Virus record (IMG/VR): IMGVR_UViG_3300048851_000184
Span: 8,388-72,387 of that record
DNA from: a virus
Taxonomy: Duplodnaviria > Caudoviricetes
Strand: one strand, 5' to 3'
Length of the DNA stretch: 64,000 nt
Shown: positions 24,994 to 32,933 of the stretch, piece by piece
Position numbering within the stretch: the stretch's first letter is position 1
Layout of the letters: the number at the start of each line of letters is the position of its first letter
Notes under the pieces: model-generated
Seen by the model: only the letters and a program-made list of their open reading frames with translations
The model's database searches: none
What the model was told of the DNA's origin: nothing
Made by a program: the position numbers and the translations under genes

Positions 24994-25142
24994 CACTTCC
25001 CTCCCTGAAACCGGGCTTTCGCGTCGGCGATCTGAGCGTCGAGGAGCGGGGTCATTGCGGACGTCCTTTGCGAAAATGGATGATCGCCACTCCCCGCCAC
25101 GGCGGCGTCGAAGTTCGTGCTTTCGGGTATGATCTCGATCAT
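24993..25142 (-). CDS. Small hypothetical protein (49 aa)
   Basis: Coupled between neighbours. Confidence 0.45.
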   Translation of the reverse strand: MIEIIPESTNFDAAVAGSGDHPFSQRTSAMTPLLDAQIADAKARFQGGK

Positions 25143-25321
25143 GCGGCTGGCCCGTTCGGCTGGTGCTCGCGGATGGCGCGGCAGATGCAGGATGCGGCGA
25201 ACAGGATGGTGGCGAGCAGCAGCTTCCACCGGGTGCCCTCAACGTCGCTGGCCCAGCCCGATTCTACGGCGCCCGCGAGGAAGCCGACGGAGACGGGCCC
25301 CAACAGATCTTCGCGCTTCAT
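25139..25321 (-). CDS. Small membrane protein (60 aa)
   Basis: Two hydrophobic segments, coupled. Confidence 0.5.
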   Translation of the reverse strand: MKREDLLGPVSVGFLAGAVESGWASDVEGTRWKLLLATILFAASCICRAIREHQPNGPAA

Positions 25322-25965
25322 GCGCCCACCGCCCGGCGCGCATCCTCGCGCGCCTGGTTGAGTTCTGCCATCGTCTCTGCGGATCCGGTGGGCTTGTCCG
25401 GGTGCCGCGTCTGCGCCAGGCGGCGATACGCCTGCTCAACGTCGGCGGACGTCACCTGCTCCCCGCGCCCGAACCCCAGCACCTCTCGCCAGCTGCGCGC
25501 GGGTGCGCCGCCCGGCGCGGGAAGGGCGGTATAGCCCGCGAACGCCTGGCGCAGATCGCCCACGCCCCAGCGCTCCTGCCCGCGCAGCGCCTCGACGTGC
25601 GCCGCGATCGCCGCAATGTTGTCCTGCACGGTGCTCCACCGATCACAGGCGAGGACGTGCGGCTTCCCGTCGAGCTCGAAATAGAACGCGACGCCCGGGT
25701 CGGCTGGATCGCGTCTGCTGACGCTCTGGTCCCGCGCTCCTGACGCGGTGAAGCGTATGTTGGTCGACAGCACCTGGTTCAGCACCCGCCATGGCTTGCC
25801 GGCCTTGGTCATAGCGCGGATCTGCTCGCCCAGACGCCGCCGGGCGATCGTGAGGGTGAGCGGGCGCCCTTCGTGCCGGAAGGCCGCGTGCCGGTACTCC
25901 TGCGACCGCTGGCGGCTGGTGGGCCACCGCAGCGGGTACCCCATCTGGATTTCCGGATCGCTCAT
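25318..25965 (-). CDS. Phage J-domain protein
   Basis: C-terminal AYRRLAQTRHPDKPTGS..MAELNQA with intact HPD motif. Confidence 0.85.
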   Translation of the reverse strand: MSDPEIQMGYPLRWPTSRQRSQEYRHAAFRHEGRPLTLTIARRRLGEQIRAMTKAGKPWRVLNQVLSTNIRFTASGARDQSVSRRDPADPGVAFYFELDGKPHVLACDRWSTVQDNIAAIAAHVEALRGQERWGVGDLRQAFAGYTALPAPGGAPARSWREVLGFGRGEQVTSADVEQAYRRLAQTRHPDKPTGSAETMAELNQAREDARRAVGA

Positions 25966-26435
25966 GCTTCACCGCACCCGCGGCCGACCAGCTCCCCGTT
26001 CGCGCCACCGGTGAAGTCGCGCCAGTGGACCCAGCCCTTCGGGCAGAGGAAGCCCCACTCGCGCAGCTTGGGCCCGGTCATGAACAGCGAGACGGCCCGC
26101 TCGCCCGGCAGGATCTCCAACCGGTGCGCGGCCTCGGCATCACGACTGCCGATCCACCCGGCCTCCCGCTGAAACGTGCCGTCCGGCGTGTGCTCGATGT
26201 ACCGGCCGTCGAGCAGCATCGACGTGTTCGCCCACGGGTGATCGTGCAGCGCGCGGTCGTCGTCGCTGCGCAGGATCTCGTGGAGGTAGACGTTGCAGCC
26301 GGCGTTCCGCGGGACGATCCACCAGCGGCGCAGGTAAGGGTTGTCCGGGGGACCGATCACGAAGTCTGGGGCCAAGCTCGCGATCGTGGTGGTTGCCCAC
26401 GCGCGCATTTCCTCGACGGTGGCGTACTGGATCAT
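25962..26435 (-). CDS. Cupin-fold phage protein (157 aa)
   Basis: LHDHPW..S..L.G.Y.E and AHRLE metal-binding pattern. Confidence 0.75.
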   Translation of the reverse strand: MIQYATVEEMRAWATTTIASLAPDFVIGPPDNPYLRRWWIVPRNAGCNVYLHEILRSDDDRALHDHPWANTSMLLDGRYIEHTPDGTFQREAGWIGSRDAEAAHRLEILPGERAVSLFMTGPKLREWGFLCPKGWVHWRDFTGGANGELVGRGCGEA

Positions 26436-26437
26436 GC

Positions 26438-26602
26438 TCACTGCACCCTTCCTTCCTGCCAGCACTGCTCGCGCACCTCGAAGGGCGGGCGGTGCGACTT
26501 CTCGACCATGACGAAGCCCGCGCGGGTCGCGGCCTGGCGCGATCGGCGGACGGTGAGGCGGTGGCCGGGAGCCACCTGGATCTCGCGGTACTGGGCAGGC
26601 AT
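26438..26602 (-). CDS. Small basic protein (54 aa)
   Basis: Coupled to upstream stop. Confidence 0.45.
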   Translation of the reverse strand: MPAQYREIQVAPGHRLTVRRSRQAATRAGFVMVEKSHRPPFEVREQCWQEGRVQ

Positions 26603-27270
26603 CAGTAATCGCCAACCGAGGTGACCACGGCGTCCTCGTCGAGGATGATGGTCGTCCCGCACGCGAAGTAGGCGCGGATCCTCTGCTCCAGACCGTAGCT
26701 GCTGCCGAAGTGCCGGGACGACTTGATGTCGTGCTCCCGCAGCGTGGCGCTCGAAATCTTGCCGTCGCTGCCGATCAGGAGGCGGAAGTCGCACCGGTGC
26801 TTGTCGCCGGCTTCGTGAACCTCCTCCTGGTCCAGGTAGACCCACGTCGAGCCATAATCGTTGTGTTCGACGATGACGGTGATGACGTCGCCATAACCCT
26901 CGCCCTCATGCCGCTTGCACATCTCGGCCGCGATCTCGGAGAGCTTCACCTCCTTGGGCGCGAGTTTGAGTAGCTCGTCGAGATCCTCGGCAAGGCGGCC
27001 GGCAATGAGGGGCGCGACCTTCGCCTCGATCTGCGCCTTCACCATCCCCGCGACGAGGTTGCCGTAGGCGGGCAGATCAAGGCGATCAACGCGCAGGGCG
27101 TCCTCGACGGCCTTCTCGATCAGCTTGCCCGTTTCGCTGTAGGTTCGGAGCGCGCGGTCGATACTCTCGACGATCAGCTTCTCGACGCGGGTGTTGACCT
27201 CCTTCTCGATGAAGTCGGGTGTCATCTTCGCAGCGACGGCGCTGCTGATCAGGCCGGACAGGTCAGTCAT
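26602..27270 (-). CDS. Conserved hypothetical phage protein (222 aa)
   Basis: Long ORF with aggag RBS in early-left operon. Confidence 0.75.
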   Translation of the reverse strand: MTDLSGLISSAVAAKMTPDFIEKEVNTRVEKLIVESIDRALRTYSETGKLIEKAVEDALRVDRLDLPAYGNLVAGMVKAQIEAKVAPLIAGRLAEDLDELLKLAPKEVKLSEIAAEMCKRHEGEGYGDVITVIVEHNDYGSTWVYLDQEEVHEAGDKHRCDFRLLIGSDGKISSATLREHDIKSSRHFGSSYGLEQRIRAYFACGTTIILDEDAVVTSVGDY

Positions 27271-27316
27271 GGGGTAGGCTCCTCGTGTGCCGCTAATCCG
27301 GCTCGTCTGGTGGTGT

Positions 27317-27502
27317 TCAGGGGTGCGGCGTTCGGCCGTCCCGGCAGAAGGCGCAGCGGCCGCGCACCAGCCGCGGGCGGTCGTATCCGCACTCGTCGCA
27401 CTCGCCCGGCTTGCCGGCTGGTATCGGCGCCCGCGCGGCGGCGATGCTGCGCGCGAGGTGCTCGTCCTGGATCAGCTGCGCGTCGTCGATCACGTCAGCC
27501 AT
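27317..27502 (-). CDS. TraR/DksA-like C4 zinc-finger protein
   Basis: MADVID.AQ start and CDEC..RC.FC. Confidence 0.8.
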   Translation of the reverse strand: MADVIDDAQLIQDEHLARSIAAARAPIPAGKPGECDECGYDRPRLVRGRCAFCRDGRTPHP

Positions 27503-27722
27503 GCTGCGCGCCCTCGATGCGGTTCTCGCTGACCTTCTCGAGCCAGCGGTTGACCTCGCTCTCCTTCCAGCGCGTCGAGACGCCGCCGGGCTTGAGCGCC
27601 GCGGGGAAGCTCCCCTCGCGCATCTTGCGGTAGATCATCGTCTTGCCCAGGCCGACCATGGCCGTCACCTCAGGGAGGCGCAGCAGGCGGTCGGGCAGAT
27701 CGAAATGGGCAGGCGCGTTCAT
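27495..27722 (-). CDS. AlpA-family regulator/excisionase
   Basis: RLLRLPEV..MVGLGKTMIYRKMREGSFP..STRWKESEV. Confidence 0.9.
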   Translation of the reverse strand: MNAPAHFDLPDRLLRLPEVTAMVGLGKTMIYRKMREGSFPAALKPGGVSTRWKESEVNRWLEKVSENRIEGAQHG

Positions 27723-27737
27723 TGCGGCCGAAGCTCC

Positions 27738-27938
27738 TTAGCGGTGTGGACTGGCGCGGCGCGGCCGCGCGGGGATCAGGCGGGCCGCGTAGGGCCAGCC
27801 GAAGAACAGGACGCCGGCCGCGAACACGGCGAACGATCGCCAGTCGCTGGCACCGGCTGCGCCGGCAGCGCCGAAGATCATGCAGGCGAGGAACAGCGGC
27901 AGCCAGGCGGACGGCTTGGCAGGGGCGGGGCGGCTCAT
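27738..27938 (-). CDS. Small two-TM membrane protein
   Basis: Two hydrophobic segments. Confidence 0.55.
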   Translation of the reverse strand: MSRPAPAKPSAWLPLFLACMIFGAAGAAGASDWRSFAVFAAGVLFFGWPYAARLIPARPRRASPHR

Positions 27939-28063
27939 AGGTGGGCTCCCAGCGTGCGGGCGATGGTCAGGGCGGCGGCGATGATGGCAGCCGCGATCGG
28001 CAGCGCCTTCTCAATCAGCCAGCGGTCGCGGTCGGCGTCGACCGGGTGGATCGGATCAGCCAT
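27935..28063 (-). CDS. 42 aa membrane peptide
   Basis: MADPIHPVDADRDRWL plus TM; N-terminus duplicated in the next gene. Confidence 0.55.
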   Translation of the reverse strand: MADPIHPVDADRDRWLIEKALPIAAAIIAAALTIARTLGAHL

Positions 28064-28265
28064 GGAAGCTCTCCCAGAGCAGCACGATCGCGATCCCGAC
28101 GGCGACGATCTCCAGCCCGAACCATGCGATAGTGACCCGCCACACCAGCGAGCAGATCCGACGCTCGCGAGGCGTAAGCTCGGGTTCGGGCGCCTCAACC
28201 TCCCGCTGCACTCGCATCAGCCAGCAGTCGCGGTCGACGTCGACGGGGTGGAGCGGATCAGCCAC
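28056..28265 (-). CDS. 69 aa membrane peptide
   Basis: GTG start, ADPLHPVDVDRDCWL plus C-terminal TM. Confidence 0.55.
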   Translation of the reverse strand: MADPLHPVDVDRDCWLMRVQREVEAPEPELTPRERRICSLVWRVTIAWFGLEIVAVGIAIVLLWESFHG

Positions 28266-28515
28266 AGATTCTCTCCCAGATCGCCACGGCGGCAACCGCG
28301 AGGCAGTGGATCCACAATCCGGCGCCAGCGATGGCGCACCAGCATACGAGCGCGCGCATGCGGAGCTCGCTCGGGGTGCGCTTCGGCTCGCCCTCCTGCC
28401 GCTCCACTCGCATCAGCGCGGCGTTCTGGGAGGCGGCCGATGCGCGGACCCGGCCGAGCTCGGCCACGAAGCGGCGGCGCGCGGTGGCCGCCTGGGGCAT
28501 CTCCGGCGCGATCAT
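28258..28515 (-). CDS. 85 aa membrane peptide
   Basis: C-terminal TM ending IWERICG, similar to LWESFHG of its neighbour. Confidence 0.55.
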   Translation of the reverse strand: MIAPEMPQAATARRRFVAELGRVRASAASQNAALMRVERQEGEPKRTPSELRMRALVCWCAIAGAGLWIHCLAVAAVAIWERICG

Positions 28516-28976
28516 GCGCTGAGCCCCTTTGCGCCGTAGGCGGCCGCCACACGCTCTGCCGCAACCCGGGCCGCAGTCGCCTCCTTGACCTGGCGCGACA
28601 ACTCAGCGGCCTGCGCGGTCAGCTCCTGCTCGCGCAACGTGAGGGCATTCACCCGGTCCAGGTGCATGCGGGCGGATTCGCGTGACGGCTTCGCCACGCG
28701 ACCCGCGCGGCGGTGGATGTCGTCGTTGATGGCGAGGAGCAGCGCCTCGGCCGTCCAGTCGTTGCCTAATCGGCGGCAGCGCAGCCGGACCTTGCCGAAC
28801 AGCTCCGCCTTATCAGCCTCGAGGGCGATGCGGCGGCGGTCGTTCTCCGGCAGCCTGCTGGCGCGATCGCTCAGGTCGCGGATCTGCAGCGCGGTTGAGC
28901 GGAAATCCTCGATCGCCTGGATGACGTCGGGATCGGGTTCTTCGGTCTCGTGAAACACGACGGTCGTCGCCTCCAT
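28512..28976 (-). CDS. First gene of leftward early operon, coiled-coil protein (154 aa)
   Basis: Immediately downstream of PL-like promoter. Confidence 0.65.
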   Translation of the reverse strand: MEATTVVFHETEEPDPDVIQAIEDFRSTALQIRDLSDRASRLPENDRRRIALEADKAELFGKVRLRCRRLGNDWTAEALLLAINDDIHRRAGRVAKPSRESARMHLDRVNALTLREQELTAQAAELSRQVKEATAARVAAERVAAAYGAKGLSA

Positions 28977-29008
28977 CTGCGCCGCAAAACCGCGCGGCTG
29001 ATGTAGGC

Positions 29009-29062
29009 AATATGTAGGGCGTGCCCTACTAAGTCAAACGATAATCGTAGGGCGTGCCCTAC
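29009..29062 (-). promoter_or_regulatory. PL-like promoter with two operators GTAGGGCGTGCCCTAC
   Basis: Minus-strand TTGACT (29037-29032) N17 CATATT (29014-29009); identical 16 bp palindromes at 29014-29029 and 29047-29062. Confidence 0.88.
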
Positions 29063-29451
29063 TATTCGTCCGGGTAGACCGGGTCAGGCCAGAAGCCGTC
29101 GTCCTCGTCACGCGGGGAAGGCATGCGCTTCTGGGGCAGCAATGGTTCGTCGCCATCGAACGCGGCGCGCACAACCGCGCCGTAGGCCGATTCCTCCTGG
29201 AAGGCGGCTATGATGTCTCGACCAGAGTTAAGCATTCCACCAATCCACGGCGCGCGCTCGGCCGTCAGGTAGCCGATCTGGATGCCGCGGCAGCTGTAGA
29301 CTGCTACGGCAAATTCATCCGCTGGATTGTCAGGCTCGGGCCGCAGCTCGACCCGTTCACCGGGCGCGCATATCGCGAGTTCAAATCGTCGGCCCGGACC
29401 GCGCTTGTTGGGGTAATCAGCGCCAACGACTGCTAAGGATATCTGGCGCAC
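29062..29451 (-). CDS. HIRAN-domain protein (129 aa)
   Basis: VVGADY..LRPEPDNPADEFAVAVY..QIGYL motif; GTG start 11 nt after the cI stop. Confidence 0.85.
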   Translation of the reverse strand: MRQISLAVVGADYPNKRGPGRRFELAICAPGERVELRPEPDNPADEFAVAVYSCRGIQIGYLTAERAPWIGGMLNSGRDIIAAFQEESAYGAVVRAAFDGDEPLLPQKRMPSPRDEDDGFWPDPVYPDE

Positions 29452-29462
29452 TCTTCTCGCCC

Positions 29463-30170
29463 TTAGAGGTCCCTCGCAAAACGAATAACCCGACCGCCGA
29501 TTATCAGTTCGTCGGCGTCGACTTCGTAGTTGTCGATCGTCGGGTTGTCGGAAATCACGAGCACTCGCCCTCCCTTCAACGGGCGTAGTCGTTTGATCGC
29601 GGCACCGCCGTTGATTGATACGGCCCACACCCGATCAGCCTGGTTCAGGCGAGTCTGCGTGCTATCGATCCACACAAGGTCGTTGCTGTTGAGCGTTGGG
29701 TACATGCTGTCCCCCACGCCCCGAGCCAGCCGCAGCCGGTGCGGTGGGGTTCGCGTGAAACTACGGACGTAGCCAATGTCGAAAGTAACAGGCTCTTCCT
29801 CGATGTAGTCGTCCACCGTTGCTCCGGGACCCATCGGCAGAGACAGGTCTAGCTTGATGATCGGGACCGTCTCGTTGCCGTCTACCGTCCGAATGTTTGG
29901 TTGATCCGGGGCGTGCCTCGGCGCGCCGTCCTCTCTCGGATGGACAAGGTCAACGAGGTATTCTGGCTCGAATCCGAGCACCTGCTCCATAGCACGTAGG
30001 ACCTTGGGCCCGGGCCGTTTCACCTTCCCGCGCTCTACATCCCACAACGGCTTTCCGGTGGTTCCGAGCATCTTCCGCAGTTGCGAATCGAAGTGGTCGC
30101 GGGTGTGCGGCGCGCGGTCGATGGCAGCCGCGAGTGCCGTCTGAAGGGGGCTGCGTTCGTCTGTTGCCAT
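29463..30170 (-). CDS. cI: CI-like repressor (HTH plus S24 autopeptidase)
   Basis: GDSMYP catalytic Ser and AAIKRL Lys, N-terminal HTH, divergent from cro-like gene. Confidence 0.92.
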   Translation of the reverse strand: MATDERSPLQTALAAAIDRAPHTRDHFDSQLRKMLGTTGKPLWDVERGKVKRPGPKVLRAMEQVLGFEPEYLVDLVHPREDGAPRHAPDQPNIRTVDGNETVPIIKLDLSLPMGPGATVDDYIEEEPVTFDIGYVRSFTRTPPHRLRLARGVGDSMYPTLNSNDLVWIDSTQTRLNQADRVWAVSINGGAAIKRLRPLKGGRVLVISDNPTIDNYEVDADELIIGGRVIRFARDL

Positions 30171-30207
30171 GTAGGCCGTGTCCCACACCGCCGCCGCCCG
30201 TGCTATA

Positions 30208-30261
30208 CTAGGGTTCACCCTACTTATTCCAGTTGACGGTAGGGCGCGCCCTACGTACAGT
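30208..30261 (+). promoter_or_regulatory. PR-like promoter with two operators
   Basis: TTGACG (30233-30238) N17 TACAGT (30256-30261); palindromes CTAGGGTTCACCCTAC (30208-30223) and GTAGGGCGCGCCCTAC (30239-30254). Confidence 0.88.
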
Positions 30262-30268
30262 AGCCCAC

Positions 30269-30472
30269 ATGACGAGCGACACCCTACGCAGCGCGGTCGA
30301 CGCATTCTTGCAGCGCACCGGCACGGCAGCTGTCACCTTCGGGCGTGAGGCGATGAACGATCCGCACTTCGTTCGTGATCTTCGCAACGGCCGGCGCGTG
30401 TGGCCCGAGACCGAGGCCAAGGTCCGCAAGTACATGAGCCAGCACCAGTGCGCCGAGCAGGTCGCAGCGTGA
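30269..30472 (+). CDS. cro: Cro-like protein (67 aa)
   Basis: FGREAMNDPHFVRDLRNGRR motif of alphaproteobacterial phage Cro-like proteins; divergent from cI. Confidence 0.85.
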   Translation: MTSDTLRSAVDAFLQRTGTAAVTFGREAMNDPHFVRDLRNGRRVWPETEAKVRKYMSQHQCAEQVAA

Positions 30473-30612
30473 CGACGCCCCGCTGCACCACGTGCGACGT
30501 GCACGCCGAGCACCCCGAGGCGCGCTCCTGCCCATTCGAGCGCTGCCCGCTCAAGCGCGGCCCGGCCGCTGCTGTTTTCACCCCCGTTCATGCCGATCGG
30601 AATGCGCGATGA
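30469..30612 (+). CDS. 47 aa Cys-rich peptide
   Basis: CTTC..CPFERCP; coupled on both sides. Confidence 0.5.
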   Translation: MTTPRCTTCDVHAEHPEARSCPFERCPLKRGPAAAVFTPVHADRNAR

Positions 30613-31088
30613 TCGACGAAACTGTCGTTGGTGAAACGACCCCACTTCCACGACCACGGTTGCACGCCAAGCTGATGCACGGCTGGAGCCGCGCGATTGA
30701 TCGGCTGGGGAAGGGCGCCTTCTGCGACGCCATCGAGTGCACCGGCCCCGGCGTCGATAAGCAGCTTGCCGGGTCGATGCCCACGCTGGAGGTGATCGAC
30801 CGCGCGCTGTGTGTTGCACCCGACGTGCTGGACGACTGGCTGCGCGCGAAGGGCTTGCGGCTGGTCGCCGAGAACGCGGTTTGCGATTCGGACGACCTGC
30901 AGCTGGTGCTGGCACGTGCGCTGGTGATGCTCAACGAAGCGGAGCACCCCGACAGCCCCGGCGGCCGCACCATCACCCACCAAGAATATCTGACCGGCGA
31001 AGCGATGATGCGCGAGCTGCACGCGGCGACCGGCTCCTGGCTCCAGAAATGCACGAACATTCGCCGACCCACCGTGGTGGCATCCTGA
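30609..31088 (+). CDS. CII-position regulatory protein (159 aa)
   Basis: Position after cro; helical. Confidence 0.6.
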   Translation: MIDETVVGETTPLPRPRLHAKLMHGWSRAIDRLGKGAFCDAIECTGPGVDKQLAGSMPTLEVIDRALCVAPDVLDDWLRAKGLRLVAENAVCDSDDLQLVLARALVMLNEAEHPDSPGGRTITHQEYLTGEAMMRELHAATGSWLQKCTNIRRPTVVAS

Positions 31089-31125
31089 GGAACTGAGCGC
31101 CGGCACCACCGGCAGGAGTGACGAC

Positions 31126-31722
31126 ATGGACATGACGAACAGCGCGGGGGCGGCGATGGCCGCTTCCGCGACAGAGAAACCGCGTGCGGTCGGATCGGCA
31201 GACGCCGTCCTCGCCGTGCTGACCGCAGCGGCCGAGGTGGGGGCGCCGTGCCCATCCAACCTTGACCTGTCGCATATGCTCGGCGCGTCCACGCGCGGCG
31301 CCGGTGGCGGAGTGATCCGACGGCTGTTGGACCGCGGCCTCATTAGGGTGGACGGCCGCGGTACGTCCCGGGTGATCACCATCGTCGCGAGCGGCAAGTC
31401 CACCGGGGTGACCGCTCTGAAGGCCTCGCGGGTGACCTCCGGCAAGGCACGCCCGTGGACCGCTGACGAGATCGCGATCGTGGAGCGCGAGGTGCGCGCC
31501 GGGAAGAGCGACAGCGAGATCGGTGCGCTCCTGGGCCGCAACGCGAACAGCGTGTGGTGCCGTGCGAACCCGGTGCGGCGTGATCTGCGCGAGGACGCCC
31601 CGCCGGTCGCAGAGCCCCCCGCGGCCGCGCAGGCCATGTGCCACTATTGCGGCTCACGCATCGCGCCCGACGTCACCATCTCCTGCCGGGCGTGCAAGCC
31701 CCTGCGGAGCGCGGGAGCGTGA
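31126..31722 (+). CDS. Winged-HTH plus GcrA-like HTH plus zinc-finger protein
   Basis: CPSNLDL..LG; PWTADE..G.SDSEIGALLGR; CHYC..CRAC. Confidence 0.65.
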   Translation: MDMTNSAGAAMAASATEKPRAVGSADAVLAVLTAAAEVGAPCPSNLDLSHMLGASTRGAGGGVIRRLLDRGLIRVDGRGTSRVITIVASGKSTGVTALKASRVTSGKARPWTADEIAIVEREVRAGKSDSEIGALLGRNANSVWCRANPVRRDLREDAPPVAEPPAAAQAMCHYCGSRIAPDVTISCRACKPLRSAGA

Positions 31723-32933
31723 GCGTCCGGATCCTGATCGGGGACGTGCGCGAGCAGCTGGCGAGGCTGCCGGCGGACTCCGTCGATTGCTGCGTCACGT
31801 CGCCCCCGTACTGGGGCCTGCGCGACTACGGCGTCGACGGTCAGATCGGGCTTGAGCCGACGCTGGGCGAGCACCTGGCGGTCATGGTCGACGTGTTCGA
31901 GGCGGTGAAGCGCGTGCTGAAGCCGGAGGGGACGCTCTGGCTCAACTACGGCGACTGCTACGCGACGAAGCCGAGCGGGCGCAGCGCCGCGGATACGAAG
32001 GCGGCGGGCAACGACGATCGCACGTTCCGCGACAAGCCGTTTTCTACCATCGGGCCGGTCTACGTCGAGATGAGCGATGAGGCCCGCGCGGCGCGCGGCA
32101 ACAAGATGAGCGGCGCGACGGATGGTGTCCGTACCGCACCGCCGCCAGCCGGACGCATCGCCGCAGGCGGCATCCTGAAGCCCAAAGACCTGTGCATGAT
32201 CCCGAACCGGCTGGCGATCGCGCTGCAGGATGCCGGCTGGTGGGTCCGCTCGGAGATCGTGTGGGGCAAGCCGAACCCGATGCCGGACAGCAGCGGACGC
32301 TATCGACCGTCGACCGCACACGAGAAGATCTGGCTGCTGACCAAGTCGGCGAAAAGCCACTACGACGCGCTGGCGGTCCGTATGCCGCGCGCGCAGGACG
32401 AGAACAGCAACGGCTATCCCGGGAGCACGGGTGACGGCGTCCGCCGCCGCACGACGGTGGGTAACCAGCGCTACAAGATGCCCGACGGGTGGGATACGAG
32501 CGCAGGCGGCCACGGCAGCCGCCATCGTGCGGGTCGTGAGGCTGGACAGCGCGACGCAGCAGCCGCTCCGGAGGACGGTCGCCGCTTCCTTCGCAACTAT
32601 GAGCCCGACCTGTCCGGCATCATCCCGCCCGAGGTCTGGCAGATCGCGACGGCGCCGTTCAGCGAGGCGCACTTCGCCACATTCCCGCCCGCGCTGGTCG
32701 CCCCGTGCATCATGGCGGGCTGCCCGGCTGGTGGCGTGGTGCTCGATCCCTTCGGCGGCGCGGGCACTACCGGCCTCGTGGCCGACCGGCTCCAGCGCGA
32801 CGCGATTCTGATCGAGCTGAACCCCGAATACGCCGCGATCGCGGAGCGCCGATTGGCATCCGACCGCGGCGCCCTGCTCGACGCGATGGAGGCCGAGAAG
32901 CCCCTCCCGTTCCTTGAAGGAGAAGCAGCATGA
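31719..32933 (+). CDS. Orphan DNA methyltransferase (N4-C/N6-A, beta class)
   Basis: VTSPPY catalytic motif precedes VLDPFGGAGTTG SAM-binding motif. Confidence 0.93.
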   Translation: MSVRILIGDVREQLARLPADSVDCCVTSPPYWGLRDYGVDGQIGLEPTLGEHLAVMVDVFEAVKRVLKPEGTLWLNYGDCYATKPSGRSAADTKAAGNDDRTFRDKPFSTIGPVYVEMSDEARAARGNKMSGATDGVRTAPPPAGRIAAGGILKPKDLCMIPNRLAIALQDAGWWVRSEIVWGKPNPMPDSSGRYRPSTAHEKIWLLTKSAKSHYDALAVRMPRAQDENSNGYPGSTGDGVRRRTTVGNQRYKMPDGWDTSAGGHGSRHRAGREAGQRDAAAAPEDGRRFLRNYEPDLSGIIPPEVWQIATAPFSEAHFATFPPALVAPCIMAGCPAGGVVLDPFGGAGTTGLVADRLQRDAILIELNPEYAAIAERRLASDRGALLDAMEAEKPLPFLEGEAA

